DNA from: Nageia nagi
Taxonomy: Eukaryota > Plantae > Pinophyta
Assembly: GCA_050084985.1 (NCBI GenBank)
Contig: JBITNC010000001.1
Location: forward strand, 187,860,001 to 187,924,000
Direction of reading: 5' to 3'
Length of the DNA: 64,000 nt
Shown: positions 12,701-24,700 of the stretch, piece after piece
Numbering within the stretch: position 1 is the stretch's first letter
How the letters are laid out: each line of letters starts with the position of its first letter
Program-made: the position numbers and the translations under genes
Notes under the pieces: model-generated
The model's database searches: none
Seen by the model: the letters and a program-made list of their open reading frames with translations, nothing else
Told to the model about the DNA's origin: nothing

Positions 12701-15700
12701 GAGCCATTTCAGACTATTTTGAAATAACTCAAATGATATCTTCTAATTTAGCATTATCCAAAATTAGATTCTTAAGTGTATATAAAGCAAAAGCAAAAGA
12801 CTCATGTGGGGTATTGGGTCATCTTGAAACAAAGAAACTTCAAATTCCATGAGATAATCCCCTTGGCATTCTCTATTGCTAAATCTTCTGCAAAACTTAT
12901 TATCTTCTTCCAAGCATTTCCCTTAAGTCAAATATGCAGGTAATAAAGTAGAATTTTGCAAGGCAAACACCAAAGTCACCAGCAAGCAATGTAATGCATC
13001 TACTGAAGGTCATTGTGCACCAAAAGTCTGCAAGGCCTAGAACGTGGGCGTTCTGGACCCTACGTCTCAAAACCTGAGAAGGGTATTTTTGCAACTCCAT
13101 CCTAGAATGCAAACAACTTGGTTCCTAAATTAAACTTACCCCAAACCAGTCCTCAAAAACAACTCCAACCCAACATATCACTAATTCATCATTTATTCAC
13201 TCAAGAATGCTAAGATTAATCCCAATTCTATATATGTCTTCTTTGTATCTCCTCTTATAAGTTTGCATGATCCTAATTACTAATAATCTATTTTTAATAC
13301 CATACACATAAATAAATTGTACATATTTTAATATACTGCTCTTTATTTTGTGTCTACACTTACCATTTATATGAAGGACATACATAAAAAAAGATAAGCA
13401 CAGAAACATACTCTATGGAACCGCCAAACATTTTGAATGTGAAGTTCTAGAACACTTTAAGTCATGCTCCCAAAAGTATGATATATTGGTGTACAAATGT
13501 GATGAACCCCTACAAATAAATTGTACATATTTTAATATACAGCTCTTTATTTTGTGTCTACACTTACCATTAATTATGAAGAATAGAACACTTTAAGTCA
13601 TGCTGCCAAAACTATGATATATTAGCATGCAATTGTGATGAACCCCTATAAATAAATTGTACATATTTTAATATACTGCTCTATATTTTGTGTCTACGCT
13701 TACCATTAATTAAGAAGGACACACAAAAAAAGATAAGTGCAGAAACATACTCTATAGGACCGCCAAAGATTTTGAATGTGAAGTTCTAGAACACTTTAAG
13801 TCATGCTGCCACAACTATGATATATTAACATGCAATTGTGATGAACCCCTATAATTGCCTCTTTTTTGCCACAATTTCCCACAAATATTAATTTAGTGAG
13901 TAAATGTTATGGAGATATAAGTTAAGGCATTGTCTAACTAGAGACCAAAATGGCCCCCTTCCATAACTGACGCCCTCGTGCACCTTCTCCGGCATTGATG
14001 GGGTCCATTAGTTTTTCGATAAGTTCCAAACACAATCACATAGTGATTGTGTCACATTTGCTTCATGATTATGACACATTCTCTTCGCAATCATGTCACA
14101 GTTCAAGTCAATCTTAAAAGTTGGAATCAATGGTCATCAACGGTTTTCTAGTCTAGTGGTTATAACATTGGAATCTGAATCCAGCAACCTGAGTTCAAAT
14201 CTACGGCATACCATTTTGAAATAACCACTTCACAATCGTGAGTGATAATATTTTTTCTAGGACCTAGTTTTTTTTTCAACATGTAAGTGACATTTGCGTT
14301 GCAGTTGTGATTGCATGCACAATTGCAAAGAGAATATGCATACACAATCGTGAAGAGAATTTGATTGCATGCTCTACAGGAAAAACAGATGGACCCCACC
14401 AATACGGGCGAAAAGGTGCACGAGAGCTTTACGAAATGCCAAAAGGTATCAGTTACGGAAGGGGGCCATTGTGGTCCCTAGATAGACAATGCCTATAAGT
14501 TAATGTTCAATACTCATCTAGTGCATTTATCCAAAATGAACATAAAAAAGGAATAACAATTGTTTGGCACATATAAGATGGTAGACAACTTACCAATGGA
14601 TTCCTATCTTTTCAAAATTTTGTAAGGACCGTTATCAACAGGATAAAGATGCAATAATGGTTTCAATAATGATTCCATCTTTGCTTGTACCATATTAACT
14701 ACTTATGAAAATGACCAAGTTATGAAGGTGCTGTCTAGAGGAAAACATATGGGTAAGTTCGACAAACTAAATATGAACAGCAAGGTCAGCATAATCTCTG
14801 GCAAAAACTTTGATGCTGATTTGAGTGTCAATGGCTTTAAGAAAACTGACATTGAAAAGGTATATTTATGGTGGTTGATAGATTAGACAAGTTTGATCAC
14901 CTCAAACTTCTGTTTAATCTATATTTATGATCGTGTTAAAAACATGATATATTGAAAGAGCTCAATCGGAAAACAAAAACAAGAACTGGATGTACTAAAA
15001 GCATATAATGGGGAAACAAGAACTCAATGAATATAACTTAGACCCTTCAGGTCATACAGTATCAATCTGTGAAAGAGAAACGTGGTCAATGTTCTCAAAC
15101 TCAGCGAGTTATAACCAAGTCAATAACCAAGGTTAACCCTAGTCAATGAATCGCAATCGCTTCATTAGTTCTTTTTTAAGTTTTGTGAGTCAACCAAGTT
15201 TTTGCGAGTTTTTTATTAGTCATAAATTTGGGGCATGTTTATGCTAGGTCATGAGCTTTTGCTGAGCCTGAGTTTGACTACTTTGGGTCTTACAATCTCT
15301 TAGATTGTTCTCTCCTGCTTCAAAATACCTCTTAAGTCAGGAAAAAGGGTTTGAGATGCTCCATTGATACATTCATTTGCTCAGTAATAACATATTTCAA
15401 ATTCTTGATATGGTGGATTTCAATATAAGATTTCCAACGAGGTTCGAAATACATTGAATGACTGTATGCAATGGTGATTAGCGAAGATCACAAGTACACT
15501 AAATATGTCCAACACATGTTAACCACAAGATCTGAAACGCATTGCAACATTTTTTTTTGAAAAAATCACCAGCTTGATGTAACTTACTAGTTAATGCACC
15601 TAAAGTTTCAGACACTGAAATTCTGCTTAAATCCATAATATGAAATCTAAAAACTGACCAGAATGGCTATGGTTACCAACCTGATGTCGAAAGATAAGAT

Positions 15701-18700
15701 ATGCAAACCCAAAGTAGACTAAAATAAAAGGGAGGAGTATTGGTGTAACAACTGCATATACAAGCCCCAACAAGAAGTATAACTGCAAGGAAGGTAGCGC
15801 CTCTGCAAATCCCACACTGCCTGGATCCATAGCCTTTTCTCTATCTTTTTCAGTCTTCACCAGCAGCATGTTCTTTAAATGAAAAATGATTAATGGTTTT
15901 AACCGTAGGATTTCTCCAGCAATACCAGCCCATCCATCAACCATGATGTAAGTGATAAAGAAAGTTGCTTTCAATGGAATTGTTTTTCCTATCGTTTTGG
16001 GAATACTGCAAAGAATAAGCACTATAGATAATTAAGAAACATTTCAATGTATGATTGAAAAGCAATGAACCAAACACATTAAATTAGGATAGGCATTGAA
16101 TCCCTCTGCTACTGGCCTAGGTGGATATTCAGGCCTTGTTTGTATGTTGTAAGAGGGCTCCAATGTCATCTACATTGTCTGCCTAATTCAAATCCAGTGG
16201 ATTTTTCCCATTTCATTAAGTAATATAAAATTCATGATTACATAGAAAGAAGAAAAAAAAAACATTCAATGTGAACATGCAATGGAATAAAGTGAATCTT
16301 AATTCATGACCCTGTGTCCAAGTTTCAGAAGTTGGAAATTCATTGCAAAAGGAACTAAATATAAAGAACAAAAACAAGTTTGGAAAAATTTGTTGTTATC
16401 TTGTTCTTTCATTTAGAAAACAAGAAGTAAGACTATAAACTTGTTCCGCTAATATATTCACTAATTATAAACCTATTGCCCACTGCTTTGCAATCATTTT
16501 AGAAAAGGTTGCTAAGCAGAAAATATAAGCAGCCTACTGAAGTGGCATCTTTCTGTCCCCAATGTAAATATGTGACCCCTCCAAGCTTGGCTTGAGATAA
16601 ACAACTGTTGGAAAATATAGCTCACAATCATCTTATGAGGAACCATGTTTTTCTGGTAGCCACTATCAATTTTGGATGAAACTAACATTTGCTTGCCTTG
16701 CTAGTCTAGTGAAAGGAACTTCCAATGACTGATGGAGAAGTCTTTTGCCATCAACACAAGTTTAGGATTAGCAGAAGAAGTGTTATCAACCGCAATTCTA
16801 GGATCTGAATCTAACTTATACTGTTATTCTTCCATAAAGAGGATTTTGGCCTTCTTGGTTTGATTTTTCATGACAATCAACAGTATCATGATCAAGCTGT
16901 TTATGTGATGCACATAAGGACTAAGTAAATGGAAGCCACCTCAGACTGTTACTTGTTGGACTTAAAACTTGATGGCAGCCTATAACCAAAAAAACATATT
17001 TTTGAGCAAAGAAGTTTTGTCTAAGTTGAGTTTAAGCTTGGAATCCCTTTGATATGTGTGAACCAAAAACTACAAATAGTTAATCCTTTTTGTTACATTT
17101 TGAACATATTACCCCTCAAATTTGGAGATTTTGTTAGAGCGTTGAAAACTTGAGCACATTGCTGTCTTTTTTGCCTGATAGTAATCAAATTTGCAACAAC
17201 CAACCCAGTAGGAATCCCCTAAATGCTGATGTTTGGATTATTGCCTGACTCTAACCACTTTGAAGGCTTCCCAAATAGTTGTGAATTATCAGTCGGATGT
17301 TGATAGCATCTAAGAACGATACTTTTACCAGTCTAGGACACTTGCTTGATGTGAACTTGAATGAAAGATTACTGAGGTCCTTTTAATTTTGGAATGTTAA
17401 TTAGATGTATTCCAATGCTTCAAATGAACGGGTCAAGTTTCTTTCCATTCAGGGATTCGAGTTTAATAGTAGCAAGGATTTGCCGGTTTTTTTGTTTATG
17501 ATGTATGAAGTATTCTTCAGAGCTCAGAAGTTGCTGGAAAATAGCCATCATGTCCTACATCACCCTGGCCTTCAATTAAATCTGACATTGAACATTGCAG
17601 GTTAAAATCGTTGGTAATGTAGAACCTATTTTGGAATGTTATTAGATGTATTTCAAGGATCCATAATATAAGTCCCATTTTTCACCAATCACGGACCTAC
17701 CAACCCAAATATATTTTTTTCCTCCGAATTGGTTATGATTGCGTTGAATAGAAGCAGAGATTCAATGTTTATTTTGTTCGTAATGTACGAACTACTCTTG
17801 AGAGCTTGTAAGTTGTTGGGAAGTAACCATCGGGCCCTACATCATTCTGGCCTTGAATGTTTTCTGAAATTGATGTTGCAGGTTAAATTGGTTGGCAAGA
17901 TGCGCATGCTACTTTTCTGCGCCTTTTCCACAAGAAGATGGCTGAGGCTGTAAGGTTCCATAGGAATTGGAAGATTCGGGATCCTGCAAAGACACCTTCA
18001 GAAAATTGAGAAGGCTGTGCATCCTGTATGTATGATCCTCTAAAGGAACATTTAAATATGTTTGTGAAAAAGATAGATCCGTAAGAAAACCCTTAAATAA
18101 TATGAAATTAAGTATACAATCCATATCCCTGCAAAATGCCAGCCCAATGGACATTTGCATGGATTGTGACGTTTCCGTAAAAGATATGTCCATGAGTCCT
18201 TTTCACATCTAGATTTCAGACCAAAGCTAGGGTTTTGATTATGTTTGGTATCTGAGTTTATACAGAACACTGTCTTGACTTCCAATTGAAGACAGCATGA
18301 CTTATATGTCTAAAACAAGTTTAGGGTAAACAGAGGAGGTTGGAAGCAGCATGCATTAAAACTCAAGCGTAAGTGGAATGTAAAGTCAAACTTTGAACAG
18401 AAATCGATTAATGAGTGCAAGGTCTCATTTTTAAGCTTTATTGGCACAATTTGGGCAGAGTCAAACCCCAAACAAAAGAACGAAGTTTACCATTTCCACT
18501 GATTACAGAACACTGTACAAGCCTGAAAAATTCAAACACCGCCTTCCCATCTCTCACATTTCTGAAGAACAATGTGTCAAATGTGTCATCACTTCCTTCG
18601 TCCAGCCCAGCTCTTTTGGATCTGTCACCACCATACGAGCATATTTGAAGTCACTCAAATACGATGCATTTAGCATGGGAAACGTACACAGCCAATTAAT

Positions 18701-21700
18701 CGGCCAAAAAGCGGCAAAAACCCCCTTATTCTTTAGATGTGATTTTTTCCACGTTTAATTGAAATTCACGATGAGGTGATTAATCGCTGATTTTTCTGAT
18801 TAATCATTTCTTTTTCGACCTATGTTCTAAGCGACCAATAAACGTTAGTGTGCAATGAAAACCATGCGGGGTGGATTAAACCTAGGATCAAGAAGGCCAA
18901 ATGAGATAGATGTACAAGTCCTAGGAAAAAATGAAAGACATTAATTGACTACGTTTTTTCAATTGATATTTGTAATGAACCTAGCAGTTTCAGTGGTGAT
19001 GCAAAAAAAAAGGAATGGAGAGATGCTATTCAAGGAGAATACAATAAAATCATAAAGAATCACATGTGCATATTGGTTGATTGTCCACTAGGTATGAAAG
19101 CCATTAGTGTCAAATGGGTTTACAGCACAAGTATAAGGAAAAATTTTATCTGGATAAGTATTAGGCATAGTTGGTCACGTAGGGTATTTTCTAAACAACG
19201 GAAAATATTATGAAAATACATTTACCCCATTGTAAAAGGGAACTGCAAAAAAGAGGTAGAACCTACATCAAATAGATATGAAGAGTACTTTCTCAGAAGG
19301 TGACCGGCAAAATAAGTACCTCAAGGTTTTGCAATCGGCAGCAAAGAACATGAGGTATCTCATTCAATGAAGACTTTATATGGTTTACAACGAGCACCTA
19401 AAGCATCATGCTGAATTGACAATTATCTTCACAAAATTACTTTCACATTCAATGACTCAAATGATATCTTATATGTGTTGATCATCTTTTAACAAGAGCA
19501 GAAAGAAGTTATTGGGATGAAAAATATTGGTCGAAACAAGATTAATAGGATTTTCATGTCAGAGCCCAAATAGATCATTTGACTTTTCAAAATATTTTAG
19601 ATATGCAAAAGTAAGCCTTCACTGAAATCTATGGAAGCCAATTTGAATCTTTGAAAAGATGATAAAGGACCATCGATAGATGCAACTAAATACAAACAAT
19701 CCATTAGTAGCGTAAGCTACTTGATGAGAACTAGAATAAATATTGTCTTTGCAGTATGTGTACTTTACCGGTTTATGCAGAAGCCTCAAGAAAGTAATGA
19801 GCTTGTAGAAAAATGAATTTTCAGGTATGTGGAGGGCACCAAAAGTTTTGGTCTAGAGTGTCTGAGAAATAACATATTCAAACTTGTTGATATTCAGATG
19901 CGAATTAGGGAAACAATATTGGTGATTTTCAAATGCAAATTATGAGATCAATATTGATGATAAAGTATCTACCACGATTTTAATCATGCATCCCCAGTCC
20001 AGAATTGTGGACCAGTTTTATTATGTATTTACAATTTCAAAATTGTTCCAACAAATATTTGCACAGATTGTCAAAGTAATATCAAGATACCAAATAATTC
20101 AGTATTTTTGCACAGAGACCAAACACATGGATGTAAAGTATCATTATATCAAGCTGTTGTTTCAAAGAAGGTAGTTGACCTGAGTATTGTCCAAAGAAAA
20201 TGTCTTCACCAAACATCATGATAGAATCAAGTTCAAGAAATTGTGAAGAATGTTTAGTATATGTTCAATATAAAGTTATAGACATTGTATTACAGGGAAG
20301 AAAGTTAATTTTTATAATTTGAAGTATAATTATATCAAGCTGTTGTTTCAAAGAAGGTGGTTGACCCGAGTATTGTCCAAAGAAAATGTCTTCACCAAAC
20401 ATCATGATAGAATCAAGTTCAAGAAATTGTGAAGAATGTTTAGTATATGTTCAATATAAAGTTATAGACATTGTATTACAGGGAAGAAACTTAATTTTTA
20501 TAATTCAATGTATAATCATTAAGGTTCTTGTTGGTAAATTAGTCTTCTGATTTTGCCAGAGTCAGATAGAATCTTTGCCCATTGTCCATTTTATAATCTG
20601 AATGAAAACTAAGATTGGTCAGCAATGTCATTTCCACTTCTAGAGTAGCTTGTTTTGAAGGCTATCATTGGGGGATTGCTATTTAGTGAAAGGTCAAATC
20701 ATTTGGACATTGTGAAAGGTGAGTCACTTGTGTTACCGACACCAACCTTCTAGGTGCTTATTTGGGCAATTGGCCTCCTATTTAAAGAAGCACCTAGTCC
20801 TTATAAGGGCATTGTTCATGTCATTTGTAATTACTCTCAATCTCATTTGTAGATATCGTTTATTTTATATTTCAGGTGTTACATATTTTCTTTTCTTTTT
20901 GTTTGCAATGTGGCAATGGATGGTGTGTGAGTTAAATTGTTAGTTGATTTTCGCATTGTCCTTTCATAAAGTTGAAATACTCTGATCTCATTTGGGCAAT
21001 TCGCCTCCTATTTAAAGAAGCACCTAGTCCTTATAGGGGCGGCGTTCATGTCATTTGTAATTACTCTCAATCTCATTTGTAGATATCATTTATTTTATAT
21101 TTCAGGTGTTACATATTTTCTTTTCTTTTTGTTTGCAATGTGGCAATGGATGGTGTGTGAGTTAAATTGTTAGTTGATTTTCGCATTGTCCTTTCATAAA
21201 GTTGAAATACTCTGATCTCCTCCTAAATTTATCTGCATTTTCTCAAAACAATTATTTGAATGCAACTGGAATAGGGGATCTATGAACATGAAACTCAAAA
21301 GGTATGAGAAAGATCTAGGGAAGCATGTTGCAAAGACAAAAGAATGAGACACTTACTCTGTTGCAGACTGATGGATAAATGTGTTAAGCTGCTCAAATGC
21401 TGTTCCAGTAATTATACTGCCAAGAAACACATTCACCAGAATAAAGTAATAATACTTCCTTGCTGAACTTCTCTCAAGCTCCGACAAGGACACATGACCT
21501 TCAATTTTGGACATGAACATCAAAATTGTTGGAAGAAAAATGAGGAAAAGCTTCAAGGCCAATCCTGGTAGAAATCCTACGATGAATGCCTTTATGACTT
21601 TCCTGCACACATGTTAGAAGGTTATGAAGTATTGCTTGAATGCAAGTAAAATATAGAAAACCCATAGTCATAAAGAAGTTTTACATATAAAAGAAAATAT

Positions 21701-24700
21701 CGGAAATAAGTGATTATAAGATAATAGATGGCTAGAAGGTTATGAATGACTTTATGACTTTCCTGCACACATGTTAGAAGGTCATGAAATTGTTGTGCCT
21801 GCACAACAACCCCAAAACTTTTGCATTTTTGAGGACCCTCATACAATTGAAAAGCAAGGCATGAAAATTTTCTAAGTCAAATGCATGAGTCTTGAAGCAA
21901 AATAAGGAGAAATGTGATAAAATTTGCATATTTTGATGAAAACAAGTCTAAAACAACCTTTTTTTCCTAGGCGCATGTTTTTGAGTGAGTGCTTTTGCAC
22001 TCACCAAAAACGGTGCGCTCAGCCTTACAATACACTTATCATGGTTCACTCCTGCATTTTTGGTGTTTAAATCTGCATTTTCATGTCTAAGTCTGCCCCC
22101 AATCATCGAAAACATGGCATTTTCCTCATTGCATATCATTCTGAGATCAGTTTGGTCATTTTTGAGAAATCTGGCAAGTTTTAGACTTGGGCGCATGGAT
22201 TTGGTATAGTGAAAAAGCACCCTCTTGAAAAGGTGCACCCAAGGGAATGAAGCACTTCCAACACTTAGCATTTTTTTGTGGTTTTTGAGAAAAAAGGTTT
22301 GAGCACTCACCTAAAATGGAGCACCCACCCATTTTTGTGCATAAATTTGGCTAAGTGTCAAAATTTTGGAACGTCCGCTATGAGCTAGACAAGTGTGTTA
22401 CCATGCATTGGGCCTTCATTTCCACCTACCATCATATGACATTTGTCCATATGGGAGCGCAAGCTATAAAAGGGGGGTCAACTTCATTTTGAATACATTT
22501 TGGTCAAATTGCTCTATCTTGTGTTGGGTTTAGCATGCATTAGAAAGAGGCACTCCTTAAAATTGGTGCACCCCATCCTGAAAGACATTTTTAAAGTCAT
22601 TTTTTCTGAAATTTCTTCATCTTGCTTTATTTAAAGGACCATGAAAATTGTGTGCATGTTTCTTGAGGAGTGAAAAAGCACACATATATTTTGGTGCGCC
22701 AACCTCTAGGATGTCCAGATCTAGGACCAAGCACATGTTTTCCAAGGAATGCAAAAGCACACATCTTTTTTAGTGCGCCTAGATTTTGGGAGAGTGATGC
22801 AAGTTATAATTTTGTAAATAATGTTTGACCTCAAGCGCAAGGATTTGGGGGAGTGCAAAAGCACTCATTAAAAACGGTGCACCCAAAATCAAAGGATCAA
22901 TTTTGAAAGGGAAATTTGGCTAAGTTTTAAGATAGTAAAAAACCTAAGCGTGTGGATTGTGAGAAGTGAAAAGGCACTCATCCTAAAAGGTGTCACCTTA
23001 TTTTAGCACATGTATTGGACCTCATTTCTAACCAACCAAAAGGTGACATGTGTAGGGTCCAAAACTATAAATAAAAAGTCATCCCTTGCATTTTTTTACT
23101 TTACTTCATTTAGTTTAAGGTTTCCAAATCGCACCATTTTCAGGCATTTCAAAAGGACTACCCAAAAATAGTGCGCCCTAGAGAAATAAGGGTTTTTGAA
23201 GGCATTTGATATCATTTTGAGCCATTCATTTTTAAGAAGAGGGTAAGCATGATCAAGGAAGACTTTTATTGAAAATTACTTAATTTTTCCTGCATAACTT
23301 GCCCTAATGCATGATTTTTGTATAATGCAAAAGGACTCATCTAAAACGGTGCGCCTAGGTCTGGAGTAAGGAAAATTGTCTGAGTATCCAAAGTCTCAAG
23401 TGCACTTCATACCCCTTTGTTCTTTCATGCACGATAATTGATAAAAATTTGATGCGCAAGAGTTTTGTGTAGTGAAAAGGGACTCATCTAAATTGGTGCA
23501 CCCTAATATGAAGTGATGATCTAGCCATTTAAAGTGAAATTTTTGTGTCCAAGCAAGGATAAAATTGACTAAGTGATGTGTTCCTCTAGTAGGTATCCAA
23601 GCACATGATTTCCAGGCAATGAAAAAGCACCTTTCCAGATTGGTGTGCCCCAGAAAACTTGACCTAAATTTGACTAAGTATTGAGGAGCCAGGAGTGAAA
23701 TATCAAACTTACAGGTGGCACCCAAGAAGTGCACTAAGCATCCACACTCCATGCAACCTCTAGAAAAGTGGATTTTCAATCCATTACTGTAGAACGTTTC
23801 AGTTTCCCTAGCTTGTAAATTTGTGTAATTCCTACTACTCCAACACACATCTAAAATAAATGCGCCTAGCATCATTTGACCTTTTCTGAGTCATTTTTAC
23901 CAGAATTTAGACCTTTTTCTTGTTCATATTTCACATTTTACATAATATACATAAATTTCTAGATGAGTTCCAGGACAACGTTTACCCCATCCAAGTCCAA
24001 GAAGCTTCAAAAATAGTTGTTTGAGAGACATGTAACAGAAGATCAGATGGAGAGGCTTCTTAGAGACGGCCAAATTGAATTTCAAGAGAGACAAAGACCA
24101 GAGCTCCTTGAAGCCAAATTTAAAGGGAGATTCACATTCGTCAGAGACACCGAATGGGGAAACATTGATCCTATCCAAACCATTGCATCCATCATTGACA
24201 TTAGCGAAGAAGACTTGCAAGACAAAATTATCCACTCATGTGGGTTGTTTAATGCTACTATGATGCCTTTTGTTGTTGCTTTTCCTGACTTGTGCTACGA
24301 GGTGGCCAAGTACTGTAGATTAGATAAGAGAATTCTTTTGGATACTGAAGGAAATTTGATCATGGACATCATTTCAGCAAGGATTGAAGCTGATTTCGGG
24401 TGAAGATATGGAGATGAGTATACTAAAGCCCAATCTACGGAGTTCCTTGACAGCACTATTAAGATAAGAGAATGATACCAAGACACTGTCAATATGATGA
24501 TTATCAAGGCATCCGAGACCAAAGGTTAGTTAGTGCTCGTAGAGAAGAATTCATCCCCACAATGTCCAAACTAATCACTCTACTATCTTGGGTCATAAGA
24601 CAAGAGAATGCTACCAAGTACAGGAAGGAGTTCACTAGATTCATCGCCATGATTAGCTTCAAGAGAGCTATACGATGGAGCAAAGTAATCAATGATGCCC

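Noticed and set aside
21960-23880. CRISPR-like repeat-spacer array
   Set aside because: Repeats are degenerate, ~55 bp and irregularly spaced, in a eukaryotic TE context with no cas genes; reported as a cis-motif array instead.
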